From assembly GCF_009914755.1 (NCBI RefSeq), contig NC_060931.1: a stretch of DNA of 64,000 nt; one strand, written 5' to 3'. This stretch comes from the human T2T-CHM13v2.0 reference genome, Homo sapiens. Of the stretch, positions 18,052-34,292 are shown piece by piece. How positions within the stretch are numbered: the first letter of the stretch is position 1; each line of letters begins with the position of its first letter. The notes below the pieces were generated by a model. It was not told the origin of the DNA. It saw only the letters and a program-made list of their open reading frames with translations, and did no database searches. The position numbers and the translations under genes are program-made.

Positions 18052-21000
18052 TTAGGACTGCTGATATTGGGAATGGGCAAAGAAGGGAAAAGTAACTACT
18101 TTTCCCATCCAGCTCCTGACAGCCACAATGTACTGAATGTCTTGTGCTGGCGTCCCATCAGTTAAGAGCCTCATGCTGCAGGAGCTCCCCAGTCTCAACC
18201 CTGCATCCTACTCATTAGGAAACCACTACCACACAGGCGGCAAATCACTGATAATAAAGCCAGCCTTAGGGCTGAAAACGAGTCACTAGAACACCAGCAA
18301 AATTTCCATAATCCCCAAAGAGTTAACGATTTGCTCAGATTTCAAGTAAATTGTTCTTATTTATTTGGGTGAACATTATACAGTGTTCAAGTTCCATAAC
18401 TTTTTAAGTGGAAATACAGTACAAACGTAGCTAAAGCTAATTCCCTTTTTTCAGTTCAGACGCTTGGAAATGAAGACAAAGGGATAGACAATTATCGCTG
18501 GCTGTGAGCTGTTGTGGGCACTCCATTATCGACACATTCCTGAATAGGTGCTGAATTCCAGCCAGCTGTAGTCCAGACCGGCATCACTTTTTAAAAATAA
18601 CCACTTTCTCTCTTCTTCAACATAGGTGATGGCTGCACAACACGGAATGTACCCAATGCCACTCAATTGCACTTGAAATCTGATGTGACTATGTGACAGT
18701 TATGTTACGCAACTTTTACCTCGATAAAAACACATCGTTTTCTCCACTCTTTTCAATAATTTAAAGATTGGCTTAATAAATAAGGCTTCCCTGAGTACAA
18801 GAGATGAAATCCTACTCTTAGGTTTGCAGTTAATCCAGGACTGCAATGAGGATGAACATTTAGCGCCATGTTGAATCTCAGTAGAATTCAAAAAACACAT
18901 AGATTTCCAAAATAATCAGAAAAAGCACTTAATATCTGCTTCAGTTACTGGGAAGGCTAACACATGAAAGGCAAGCTGTATGATCTGTATTCTTTCCACG
19001 CCCAAGAAGAGAACAATTCAAGCCACATGACTTAGAATAATGGTTGGCAGAACTCCACCTCTGAAGAGTCTACAGAGGTACCATTACTCCATTAGTGATA
19101 ATAGCTATTGATCTCCTGGAAGAGCCTGGGGGGGAGGGGGAATGGAATATTTAAGATAGAAAGAATTTGAAAGTCTATTGATCCCACTAGGAATATTTAG
19201 AAAAATTATGATAGCCTTTTGCCACCTTTGCCCTCCCACCCCTCATTGAGTTAAACTGCTTAACTCAGTAACTTCAACAAAATTAGTAACCCTGAACCTT
19301 TTCTCCCCAAGGCAAGTACCAGTAGCCTATTTAAAATATTAACTTCTCAAGAGACTAGTAAAAGTCAAAGGACAAGACAGTATTGTCTAATACGTAGGAT
19401 ACATCTAGGTGTTCACTCTCCTTCAATACAAGACTAAACATCTGTCTTAAAAGACCTAACATTCCTCTTTCCTTCTTTTCAAAATACTGCACAATACAGT
19501 ACTTCTGTCCTGGTTACCCACAAAGAACTATCATTCTGCACAGATCCCAATAGTGTTAGCACTAGGATAATTTCATTAAACTCAAATAAATTTTAATCCC
19601 TTTATCAACAGGATGATTTCGGCCTTAAAAGAGAGCTCACTTGAGTGGTAAGATTGGTTTCTTTCTCTGCAGTTTCCAAATTCTCCACGATGACTTTTAT
19701 AAACAGGAAGAAAATTTCTTAGGTAGTTGCCATTTTGGAACACCTACTACATTTCTTATTGAATCCGCACAACTTTTTCAAGTATTGTCCCATTTTACAG
19801 ATGAGGAAAATGAGGGACAGAGCCTATTTCCTTAAAGTCACAGGAAACAGATTTGAAAAAAGGTTTTTATTTTACAAACTGTTCTTTCCTCTATACTGTG
19901 AAGGAGCAGAAGCACAAATCTAGTAAAAAACAAACTTCCCAAATCTCAACTTAAAAGGTTTTGGAACGGGTTTTCATTCCCTACTAGTAACTGAAAATGA
20001 CTCAGTAGGAAGTCATCATTTTTTTAAGGTTTTTATTAAAACCTGCCAAATTAATTATCTGCAATAAACACAAGTATACATCCCATCTGTGCACTAGTGT
20101 CATAAACTATATTCTTGTTTAAAATTTCTTTTATTCCATAAATTATCGTTTAAAATTTCTACTTTTATTCCATCATTGCCCAGTATTTTAAATAAATGAG
20201 ATGAATGTTTAAAAATATAAAAAAGCATCTTATAAACTTTTGTGAGAAAGCTAGCAATAGGGTGAACAAGGCCTAGCTAGAGGTCACAGATTTGCATGTC
20301 TAAGGGTAAATGATATCCTTATTTTTTGGACTAATTCTCATCTAGTGGAATATGAAGTGCTCGATTCCACCTGGCTTATCGGCTAATTTCTGCATTACCT
20401 TGGATAAATGCCATTTGCACACTCCCTACCAGCCCTTAGGTGCATTGCAGCCTCTGTGTCATTGTGTGTGACATCACTTGGTTGCTATGGATATAGGTGC
20501 GAGGTCACTCGCTTTCCTGTGGAACTAGAAATATGGAAAAGAAATATGGAAAAATTATAAGAGTCTAAATAACACGAACTGAAGATATTTCCAATACTGA
20601 TACCTATTAGAAGTGCAACTTACATCATTTAAGCATTAAAACCTTGTAAGACAGCAACTGTGGCCACAGCAGTATTCCGAATTTCAGAATCAGTTCTCTT
20701 CAATAAGACAAAAACCTTTCTTTGTTAACATAGCTGCTTTAAATATAAAGGTATCAGCATTGTCCTCTTTTGAGAACCAGTAAATTTATTCAAGAATTGA
20801 TCTGTAATATCAATAATGCTTCATTTAAAAGATGTAACACGCAAGGTACACTCCAGCATCCACTTCACAATGGAGATGAATTTGAAAATCTTTGTTACAT
20901 AAGGCAGGAAATTAAATATTAAGATAGTGGGGGCCCGAAATCATTAGATTAATTTTCTACCTTTCATTTCATAATGCTCAATACTTCCCCCTCCTCTAAT

Positions 21001-22215
21001 ATCAAACTGGTTGACAGCCCATTAGATAAATGTGGTGTTACTGACAAAATGGTGCAATACAGGGATGAATCTGCAACCCAGACAAAATGCGACAACTGGC
21101 GATCGGTATTCTCTTTTCATCAGCATGAAGATGTACTCGCTTAAACAAAAAAAAGCCTCAGATGCATCTAACAACCAAAAATTTTTAAAAAGACTTTTTC
21201 CCCTTTAAAATAACTCCTCCCAGCCTCCACCCAGTCTAGGCTCTCTGCAATATGACAAATGCAGAATCTTCTGGAATGACTTGATACTGCCTCTCACCAC
21301 GGCTTTGTTTGCACTATCAGATCAGACAGAATATTTTTTCCCCCAACTTATAGGAATTTCAACAGACGCGTGCCTGTATTCAAAAAAGAAACGGCATATG
21401 TCACACGAATCGAACCAGTCAGCTACATTCACCACCTTTTAATTTTACAGGCAATACCTACCCTTTTCAATACAAAAACATTAGGGAATAAAATGGAGAT
21501 GACATGTTGAGAATGATCAATGAAAACGCTAGCGAGACAAACGTTCTCCCTTCCTAAAAGCCGGAGGACTTGCTTTGGGCGAATGGAGAAAGAAGAGCCT
21601 TTTGTTAAGAAAAACGTGAGCAAGGTGGTTTCGATTTTGCACCACGGAGCTCAGGTTTTCAAGAGACCCTATACAATGTTTCTGGGAAGATTCTCAGGGA
21701 TGTGTCGGGACAGACAGTGGGGAAGATTCTGGGGGGGCTGGGGAGGTGGAAAACCGGGAGACCTGCTGAGTGAATGGGAAAGGCGCCGCCCAGACACCAG
21801 GGAGAGAAAGAGGAACCGCATCCATGCGGTCCCCCGCCCCCACGCCCAGGCTAGGAGGAGGGGGGAAGTGGGGCACAAAGGATGCGCACGCCTCCCCGCT
21901 CGGGTCCCCTGCACCCCTAGAGCCGCGGGGGCCGGAGACCCCGCTCCCAAGTCCAGCCCCGCGGGACCTCGCCCCGGCCCGCGCCCGCGCCGGGCCTGAA
22001 TGGCAGCGCCGCGGGGCCACGGGGACTCCGAAAAGAGGCCGCGTCACAGCCCGGGTTCCCGTCGCCTCTCGGGACCCTCCCCAGCCCCCCTCAGTGAGCG
22101 AGACGGGGCGGTCAACCCGCCATCGCGACAGGGCGACGAAGCCCCGGGCCTTCCACGCCAAGGACCGCGTCTTCGGAGGGGCAGGGAGCGGCGGGGGAGG
22201 GGAGGAGACACTCAC

Positions 22216-22302
22216 GTTCTTCATGGCCGCGGCCATGTCGTCGTAGCGCTCCGCCTGCTCGGCCAGCCGGGCTTTCTGCACCAGTTGCTCGCGGTCCACC
22301 AT
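22216..22302 (-). CDS. YWHAG: 14-3-3 protein gamma, coding part of exon 1 (29 codons); intron 1 extends past the window start
   Basis: Translates to [29 protein letters not shown], the 14-3-3 gamma N-terminus. ATG at 22302 in a good Kozak context (gcgaagATGG). Canonical donor AAC|GTGAGT at 22216/22215, phase 0. Confidence 0.98.
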
Positions 22303-22500
22303 CTTCGCGGGGCTGGGTCTGGCCGGAGAAGGAGGAGGACACTGGGGCGGCCTGAAGGGCTTGGAGGGCGCGACTGGAGCCCAAGTGCCGGAGAGGACCG
22401 ACCCACAGAGCGAGCAGCTGAGGCGGCGGCTGCGCGGAGGAGGCGGCTGGAGCTGCGACCGCGGGACCGGGCGCGAGGCGGCTGCGGCTGCTGTGCGTGC
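22303..22500 (-). other. YWHAG: YWHAG exon 1 5'UTR (TSS approximate)
   Basis: GC-rich and AUG-free on the minus strand, lying between the GC-box cluster (~22520-22590) and the start codon. The exact TSS cannot be read from sequence. Confidence 0.75.
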
Positions 22501-24081
22501 CACTGACGGACAACCCCCTGCGGCCCCGCCCACGCCGCATGACGAAGGCAGGCCCCGCCCACCCGTCCGCAAGCCCCGCCCATGCCCCGCCCGAGCCCGG
22601 CCGCGGCTAGAACTCCCCGCTCCCCAGCTGGGCTCACTGCGCGTCTTCCGGGCACCCCGTCCTTTCCCACTGCGCCCCCACTCTCCCCTTTTTTCACTTC
22701 ACTCCCCAGTTCCCTCACCCCAGCTTCTCCAGTCGCCCCCTTACGCCTCCCCCTTGAGCCTCCCGCCCCGCCAGCCCTCGGACGCATGGGCCCCTGGGAG
22801 TTGTAGTGTAACCTGCAGTGCACTGAGGCGCTGAGGAGACCAAGGACAAAGGGGCGGTCAAGACTACAACTCCCAGCGGACATAGCGCGCAGGCGCAGGA
22901 GGACGGGGGGGGGTGCTTCGAATCCCGAGGCCGCTGGGGACCCCTGGCGGGGATCAGGGCTGCATCAGTCCCTGCGAGTGCTGATTCACCGCCCCGCCCC
23001 ATATTCTCCGGGAAATTACGAGAGGAGGGGGCAGGGGCCTCAGTCCTAGACCCTGTTTCCGAGATCACGTAGCAGGTCGTGGTGGGGGAAGGACAGGAGG
23101 CGCGTCCATTGTAGATCCAGACTCTCAGTGTGGTGCCTGCCCGCGGGATGGCCGAATTAAGGGGCCAGACCCTGGGGACTGTCACCTCCACCCCCTACGA
23201 GCTTCCATTAAACCCCCCACCCCACCTTGAGGCTCTTGGGCCTGAATAGGTGAAAACATGGACGAACGACAAATACCGGCTGGCCACAGTGGTTGATTTC
23301 CAGAAAGGATGCAGCTGTCTGCTGGCTGACCCTGGAGAACCCCTTCTTCCTCTCCAGGGTGGAGTGCTAAAGATTGAGTTCAGCTACCAGGAGCCTACTC
23401 CACATCTAACTGGGCTGCGTCTAGGGCTTGGTTGTCCAGCCCTTCTCTCCCCTCCTAAGACATACATACCTACTGAGGTCACGCTGATATATTCTCGTTC
23501 ATATTATTCCACATAGCTTGCAGATAGCATGGGTTTTTTTGCTTTGTTTTGCTTTTTTGTAGAGACGGGGGTCTAGCTTTGTTGCCCATGCTGGTCTCGA
23601 ACTCCTGGGCTCAAGCGATCCTCACGCCTCGGCCTCCCAAGGTGCTGGGATTACAGATGTGAGCCACCATGCCTGCAGGCCTGATAGTTTTGACTGCACA
23701 TTTTATTTACTTTATGTATTCAACAATTATCTATGAGAAGCTACTGTGTTCCAAGCCCTATTCTAAGCCACGAGGTACAGTAGTGAACAAAACAGACAAA
23801 AATCCCTGCCCAAGAAAATAGGTGAGATATGTACAGTATGCTAGAAGTCAGTAAGGAGTGAGTTTTGAGGTTGCAGTGAGCTGAGATTGCGCCACTGCAC
23901 TCCAGTCTGGCGACAGAGCAAGACTCCGTTTCAAAAACAAATAATAAAATAAAAAGTTTTTTAAAGGCTGGGCACGGTGACTCACACCTGTAATCCCAGC
24001 ACTTTGGGAGACCGAGGCGGGCGGATGACAAGGTCAGGAGATCGAGACCATCCTGGCCAACATGGTGAAACCCTGTCTCTA

Positions 24082-24552
<471 letters not shown>

Positions 24553-24724
24553 TCAAAAAACAAAACAAAAAAAAAGTGAGCTTTGCAGACTCTGCTGCTG
24601 CCAGGAGTACTCTACTACTGGCCATGGTCAATCCCACCGTGTTCTTTGACATTACTATTGAGCCCTTGGGCTGCGTCTCCTTCAAGGTTAGGGGCATGGA
24701 AACCAAGAAGCCAAGTGACCTCTC

Positions 24725-24813
24725 CGGAGCTTGCAGTGAGCCGAGATTGTGCCAGTGCACTCCAGCCTGGGAGACAGAAAAAGACTCCGTCTCAAAAAAA
24801 AAAAAAAAAAAAG
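24725..24813 (+). mobile_element. 5'-truncated Alu inside the PPIA pseudogene
   Basis: Alu 3' end plus poly(A), flanked by the 12-bp TSD aagtgacctctc (24713-24724 / 24814-24825). Confidence 0.9.
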
Positions 24814-24908
24814 AAGTGACCTCTCATCTAAACTGTAAAGCCATGTTAACATATCGGAGCTGTTAGCAGACAGTGTTGTAAAGACAGCAGAAAACTTTCG
24901 TTCTCTGA

Positions 24909-25261
<353 letters not shown>

Positions 25262-25597
25262 AAGGGTTCCTACTTTCACAGAATTACTCCAGGGATTATG
25301 TGTCAGGGTGGTAACTTTACACACCATAATGGCACTGGTGGCAAGTCCATCTATGGGGAGAAATTCGATGAAGAGAACCTCATCCTGAAGCATACAGATC
25401 CTGGCATCTTGCCCATGGCAGATGTTGGACCCAACACAAATGCTTCCCAGTTTTTCATCTGCACTGCCAAGACTAAGTGGTTAGATGGCCAGCATGGAGG
25501 TCTTTGGCAAGGTGAAAGCGAGCATGAATATTGTGGAGGCCATGGAGCGCTACGAGTCCAGGAATGGCAAGACCAGCAAGAAGATCACCATTGCTAT

Positions 25598-25933
<336 letters not shown>

Positions 25934-26885
25934 CTAGTAAATTTGACTTGTGTTTTATCTTAACCACCAGACCATTCCTTCAGTAGCTCAGGAGAGCACC
26001 TATCCATCCACCCCATTTGCTCCCAGTATCCTATCATCTTTGTGTTCTTGCTACAGTTCCCTTTGAGTCCCATGATTTTCTTATTCCCTTCCATGTCTGG
26101 GTGGATTGCAGAGTTAAGTTTGTGACTATGAAATAAAAACTAAATAACAACAAAAAAATCAATAAGAAGTGAAAAATAAAATAGGAAACATGAAGTGTGG
26201 ATGAGAATGTGGAATGAAAGAGTTTCCATGGGGGAATATTGCAGGCTCTATGCCAGATGCTGGAGGACCCCTGTCCTCAAGGAATTCAGAGTGTGTTAAG
26301 CACTGTAAATATTTTGTTTAAAAAATAACTTCTTTCAGGCTGCATAGGAAGAGATTCTGAAAAGCTTCTCCAGGGAGTTTGGTAACATTTCCAACCCAGC
26401 CTTTAAATGAGTGTAGGATTTGAGAGCAGGCAAAGGCACAGGTAGCAAGACTCAAAGGCAAGTTCCTCCCTGACTTATTTATTTATGTACTTATTTTTTA
26501 GAGGTGGGGGTCTCACTATGTTGCCCAGGCTGGGGTACAGTGGCACGATCATAGCTCACTGCAGCCTCTAATTCCTGGGCTCAAGTGATCCTCCCACCTC
26601 AGCCTCCTGAGTAGTGGGGACTACAGGCATGCACCACCACACCCATCTCCCCTGAAATATTTATTGATAGGCAAAGAATCTGATGTATCTGGTGTCTGGG
26701 TGATGGGTAAGGGGCTGGGGATAGAGTCAGGGGCCAGAACATGAGGGGCACTGAATGGCAGCCCCAGGAGTTAAATTTCTATTCTGAAATTAATCGGAAG
26801 CCTGTGAAGAGATTTTAACAATGGCAGAAAATGATCAGATTTGGGTTTTGTCTTTTTCATCCTCACCTTGGCTTCTCAGTGCTCA

Positions 26886-27287
<402 letters not shown>

Positions 27288-28608
27288 TCAGGAGGCCAAG
27301 GCAGGAGGATTACTTGAGGCCAAGAGTTCGAGACTAGCCTGGGCAACATAGCAAGACCTCATTTCTACAAAAAAAAAAAATTTAAAAATTAGCTGGGCAT
27401 GGTCATCACAGCTATTTGGGGGCTGAGGCAGGAAGATTGCTTGAGCCCAGGAGTTGGAGGCTGCAGTGAGCAGTGATCACGCCACTGCACTCCAGCCTGG
27501 GCAACAGAGCAAGACCCTGTCTCTAAAAGAAAGAAAGAAAGAAAGAAATGAATGAGGGAAGAAAGTGTGCTTTGGGGAGACTGTACCGGCAGGAGGTGGA
27601 GGAGATGGACTGAGTGGGGAGAGAGTCTAGAAATAGTTTTCTCCCCCTCCTCCAACAAAAGATCTGGCCCGGACCCTCTTCTCTTACCACACCACCCAGC
27701 AAAATGCGATCCTGCTGGTGAATAAACCCTCCCACTTCCTTCTGTCTCTTGCATGAGTGTTCGCCAAGTCATTCCTCTTCCTTTCTCTTCCTCCCTGCAG
27801 GGCAGGCCTGAGCTCTTCTGGCCCCTGCATCACTAGTCCGTGGGAATGAGCCCTGACCGCCAACCTGGGTTGCCCACATGTGGCTCAAACAGGTCCATGA
27901 TTCAAGACCAGATGTGAAATCTCAGGAACTTCCTGGCCCATTTCAGGCTACCTCTCTGACCTCTCCACCTCAGTTCCTTCCCCCAACAGTCTAATGCACA
28001 AAGGGGAAAAAAAAAAAAAAAAAACAGCTCAGGCCAAATCTGTTTGGGAAAAAGTAAAATAAAGCAGATGCAAAGAAAAGGATGTTTCACAGCCAAACAG
28101 AAATGACATCCGCAGCCTCCACACGGAGCCTCCCCTCCAGTGGTGCAGGGGAGAGTTGGCCCTGTCTTCCTTTCCCTTCTGATTTTGCAGAGCTCTATGC
28201 TTCCAGCTGCAGCTGCCCACAGGTCCTGGCTGTTTAGAGGGCGGCTTAAGAGGCATGACGACATCACAAAGAGCAAATGGCTTCAGATCCTGGCTTCCTC
28301 CTCCACTGCCTGGTGGTGCAGAAAGAAACCTGGAGCAAGGACGTTAAGAGCTAGCATTCTGGCTTCTGCCTGGCCCCTAGCTCTGCGGGCAAGACCTGTC
28401 CCTTCTCTGGGTCTAATATCCCCACCTTGAAAATGTGAGATTAAACTGAAGGAGCACTAAGTGCCCCACCCAGCTGTGATGAGTCATAGTTCTAGATTCA
28501 GCATGTTCTTCTGAAATGGAAGCTACTGGCATTCTTTTTTTTTTTTTCTTCTTTTCTTTTTTTTTTTTCTTTTTCTTCTCTTCCTTTTTTTTTCTTTTTT
28601 TTTTTTGA

Positions 28609-28713
<105 letters not shown>

Positions 28714-30995
28714 TGAGTAGCTGGGATTATGGGCATGCGCCACCATGCCCGGCTAATTTTTGTATTTTTAGTAGAGATGGGGTTTCTCCATGTTGGTCAG
28801 GCTGGTCTCGAACTCCTGATCTCAGGTGATCCGCCTGCCTCGGCCTCCCAAAGAGTTAGAGCTGGGATTACAGGCGTGAGCCACAGTGCACGGCCAGTTT
28901 TTTTTTTGTTTTTTGGTTTTTTTTTTGAGACAGAATCTTGCTCAGTTGCCCAGGCTGGAGTGCAGTGGCGCGATCTCAGCTCACTACAACCTCCGCCTCC
29001 CAAGTTCAAGTGATCTCCTGCCTCAGCCTCCTGAGTAGCTGGGATTACAGACATGTGCCACCACGCCCGGCTAATTTTTGTATTTTTAGTAGAGACAGGG
29101 TTTCACCATGTTGGCCGGGCTGATCTCGAACTCCTGACCTCAGGTGATCCACCTGCCTCGGCCTCCCAAAGTGCTGGGATTACAGGTGTGATCCACCGCG
29201 CCCAGCTTCACCCCTGTTTTTTAAGACAAGGAAGCAGAGACACAGAGAGGCTGTGTGATCAGCCAAAAATCACACAGCCTCTCCGTGTCTCAGCTAACAG
29301 AGCCTGGATTCAAACCCGGGCAGACCTCCTAGACTCTTAGCAGCAAAGGCATTGTTTCCTGTCCAGGATCTACCCTCCTTGGCATCTGCTCAGGAAAGGA
29401 GTGACCAACCTGACCGAAGGGCACCCTCCAGCCCCTTCTCCAGCACTGGAGGACATGACCTTTTAAATGCATGCTGTCCGGCTCGGTTGGCAGACATGCA
29501 GGACAGCCAGGGACATGATTGTCCTGCTGTTTCTGTGCAGTCATAAATCACCGCAGCCCCATCCCCTGGCTTCTGGCTTCCTCCTGTGGCTGGAAAGCTC
29601 CCTGATTAGTGCAGAGGCAGCAGCAGCATCTTCTGAAGCCAAGCAGCAATGCTCCCCGCCCTGTCCTCTGGGAACACTTCCCTGTCACTGCCTTAGCAGG
29701 CTGTCCTGCAGCAGAGGCAAAGAATGACAGGAAATCTCTGCAACCTGCCTCTCCTTCTGAGGATCTCAGGCCAGTGGAGGAGGCATGAGCCCAGGAGGCA
29801 GGACCCACAGGTTGAAGCACTGGCTTTGCCATTAATCTTCCTGAGTGACCTTGGGCAAATCACTTTGCCTCTCTGGTTCTCAGATTGTGCATCTATAAAA
29901 TAGAGGAACCAGGTGGATGCGTCTTAAGATCTTCCAGTTTATAGCAACAGCTTTTCAGCTAATGGCCCTGTCTCAGTGTCTTTCCATTCTCCCCAGTGAA
30001 AAATCCAAAATATCTTTTTTTTTTCTTCTGAGACAGGGTCATGCTCTATCGCCCAGGCTGGACTAGCAGCCTCGACCTCCTAGGTTCAGATGATCCTCCC
30101 GCCTTAGCCTTCAGAGCAGCTGGGAATACAGGCTCACACCACCACGCCCAGTAGAAAAAAATTTTCTATTTTTTTTTTTTTTTTTTGTGGAGATAGGGTC
30201 TATGTTTAGTTGTCCAAGCTGGTCCCAAATTCCTGGGCTCAAGCAATCCTCCTGCCTCTACCTCCCAAAGTGCTGGGATTATACATATGAGTCACCACAC
30301 CTGGGCAGTCTGGGCTTTTTCTTTTCTTTTTTTTTTTTCTTTTCTTTCTTTTTTTTTGAGACAGAGTTTTGCTCTTGTTGCCCAGGCTGGAGTGCAATGG
30401 CACAATCTCAGCTCACCGTAACCTCCACCTCCCAGGTTCAAGCGATTCTCTTGCCTCAGTCTCCTGAGTAGAAGAGATTGCAGGCATGTGCCACCACGCC
30501 CAGGTAATTTTGTATTTTTATTAGAGATGGGGTTTCTCCATGTTGGTCAGGCTGGTCTCGAACTCCCGACCTCAGGTGATCTGCCCGCCTCGGCCTCCTA
30601 AAGTTCTGGGATTACAGGTGTGAACCACTGCGCCTGACCCAGTCTGGGCTTTTTCAAAAGCTGTTCCTTGTGCTGAAAGCTCCTTCTATGCCCACCCCCA
30701 TTAGACCCAGACCTCCTCATCCTTCAGACTCAGACACTGAGTTGAACTAACCACTCTCTCCTCAGTCCCCATGGGCTCTCCTGCCATGTTCTCTAGAGAA
30801 GAGCCCAGACCACCATATAGCACTCAGATGTATATGAGTCTGTCTTCCCTGGGGTCATATTCCTGAAAGACATAGACTCAGTCTGAGCCATCTCTGATCT
30901 CCAAGCCTAGCATGGAGCAGGTGCTCAGCGAAGTTGTGTTCAATGAAGGAGACTCTCTGCTTTAAGAAGGGAATCAGGGAAGGCACTGTGGCTCA

Positions 30996-31124
<129 letters not shown>

Positions 31125-31826
31125 CTATCTCAAAAAATTTTTAAAAAACAAAACAAAACAAAACAAAAACAATTTTTTAAAAGGAGACCAGGTGCAGTGC
31201 CTCATGCCTATAATCCCAGCACTTTGGGAGGCCAAGGCGGGTGGATAACTTGAAGTCAGGCATTCAAGACCATTCTGGCCAACATGATGAAACCCTGTCT
31301 CTACTAAAAATACAAAAATTAGCCAGACGTGGTGGTACACGTCTGTAATCCCAGCTACTTGGGGAGGCTGAGGTTGGAGAATTGCTGGAACCTGGGAGGC
31401 AAAGGTTGCAGTGAGCTGAAATCACGCCACTGTACTCCAGCCTGGGTGACAGAGCAAGACTCCTTTAAACAATAAAATAAAATTATCCCACCAAGGGAAT
31501 GTGTGTCACCATGAAAAAAATGGGCCACTGTCTCAAAGAGACAAGTATGTTCAAGAGGGAGAAGAGCCTGGGCTGCAGTCTTCTCCCGAAACCCAGCTGT
31601 GTGAACTTAGGCCAAGTACTTTACCCATCTAGAGCTTGGGTTCCCCAACTGAATCTTAAAGAGAAATCTGTACCATGCCCTTTGAATCGAACTGTGAAAT
31701 GAACAGCAGTATTCTTCGACTTCGTAGAAGAATCTGGAGTGTTTTGGTACTTGGAATACCAACAGAGGACAAATGACTTGTGGGGGACCCATAGTGGTGG
31801 GGATGATGGCAGCCTGTGGTTTTTCT

Positions 31827-31901
31827 TGTGTGTATGTGGGTGTGTGTGTGTGTGTGTGCGTGTGCACGCATGTGTATGTGTGTGTGCATATGTGTGTGTA
31901 T
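31827..31901. repeat. (TG)n-rich alternating purine/pyrimidine tract at an Alu tail
   Basis: tgtgtgtg..gcgtgtgcacgcatgtgtatgtg. Confidence 0.9.
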
Positions 31902-33127
31902 TGCAACAGCGTCTCCCTTTGTCACTCAGGCTGGAGTGCAATGGTGTGATCATGGCTCACTGCAGCCCTCAACCTCCCAAGCTCAAGCGATCCTCCCACC
32001 TCAGCCTCCCAAGTAGCTGGGACTACAGGTGCACGCCACCACATCCAACTAATATTTTGATTTCTTTTTCAGAGACAATGTCTCTCTGTGTTGCCTAGGC
32101 TGGTCTCAAACTCCTGGCCTCAAGCAATCCTCACACCTCGGCCTCCCAAAGTAGTAGGATTACAGGTGTGAGCCACCACTGATGGCTGCTTTTGTTTTTA
32201 GAGGACTCCAAGTGGCAGAGAGCCCATCAATTTCAGCTCAGTTCAAGGAAGCGATTTCTCCATAAGCTGGAGCTCTCCAGCAATGGCAGGGGAGTCAGGG
32301 GACAGAGACCACTGCTCATGGGTAATGCTGAGCAGTGGTCCTCAGCCTAGCTGTGCATCACAGTCCCCCAACACTTTGAGGAAGCTGATCTAGAATACGG
32401 CCCCAGACCCCACCTAGACATAGTGGGTCAGAGTCTCCAGTGCTGAGAGGTCTGAGGATCTGTATGTTTTCAAATCTCTCTGGAGGGTTTGTGCACCACC
32501 AGTGGTCTGAAGGAGGCCAGCCTGGGTTGCCTGAAAAGGAAGGAAAACAGCCAGGAGGGGTCCCAGGAGCCGGCTGGAAGGGGTGCAGGAGCTGGCATTT
32601 TCTGATGTTGGCCATTCTGCCGAGTCAGCCCAGCACTAATGCTTCCAGAGTGCAAATCCCACTTGGTCATGTAATAGGAACACCAGTGCTGACGCAGCAG
32701 GCAGACAGGAGCCCAGGCTGCACCGGGGCAGGAGGTAGGCGCAGACATTCAGCCCCAACTCCTTGCTCTGAGCCTGGGGACAGGCAGGGGCAAAAGGTAC
32801 CATCTCCACCTCCAGCTTCCAGCACAGTCAAGATGACTCAGAGGCGTGGACCCTGCAGTGCCTTCTAGGTTTCAGAGCCAGCCAGGTGCCCTTCCTGTCT
32901 TCCTGGAGTTTGGGATTGCTAAGTTGGAAAGGACTGTAGAGGGACTCTAGTTTGTCCAGGATGGAAATCCCTTATACAGCTCGCCATCTCCTTGTTCTCA
33001 GCCCTTCCTAGCACACCTCCAGCCACAGGCAATTTACCATTCCCCAAGGTCACCTCTCCACTGTGGGACAGCTCTCACGTTCCCAGAACCTTCTGCCCGT
33101 GCTTTCTTATTCTACCCTCTGGGGTTA

Positions 33128-33467
<340 letters not shown>

Positions 33468-33658
33468 CTAACAACTTTTTAAATTAAAAAAAAATTTTTT
33501 TTAACTTGTAGTAGAGGCGAGATCTGACTATGTTGTCCAGGCTTAAGTGCAGTGGTGGGATCATAGCTCACTGCAGCCTCCAACTCCTGGGCTCAAGTGA
33601 TCCTCCCACCTCAGCCTCCTGAGTAGCTGGGACTACAGGCACCACCATGACCAGCTAA

Positions 33659-34018
<360 letters not shown>

Positions 34019-34078
34019 TAGTCTCGATCTCCCGACCTCGTGATCTGCCCACCTCGGCCTCCCAAAGTGCCGGGATTA

Positions 34079-34292
<214 letters not shown>

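Larger units (their letters stand above)
21800..23150. promoter_or_regulatory. YWHAG CpG-island promoter
   Basis: Dense CpG. Several CCCCGCCC GC boxes (~22524-22590). Two ACTACAACTCCCAG motifs of ZNF143/THAP11 type (22794-22807 on minus, 22863-22876 on plus). NRF1-like GCGCAGGCGCA at 22887-22897. No TATA box seen. Confidence 0.9.

Noticed and set aside
21694-22883. Long overlapping ORFs at the YWHAG island (292, 220 and 168 aa), including an apparent N-terminal extension of 14-3-3 gamma
   Set aside because: Stop codons are rare in very GC-rich DNA. There is no AUG in the likely 5'UTR and no convincing in-frame near-cognate start. Only the 29 codons before the donor are supported.
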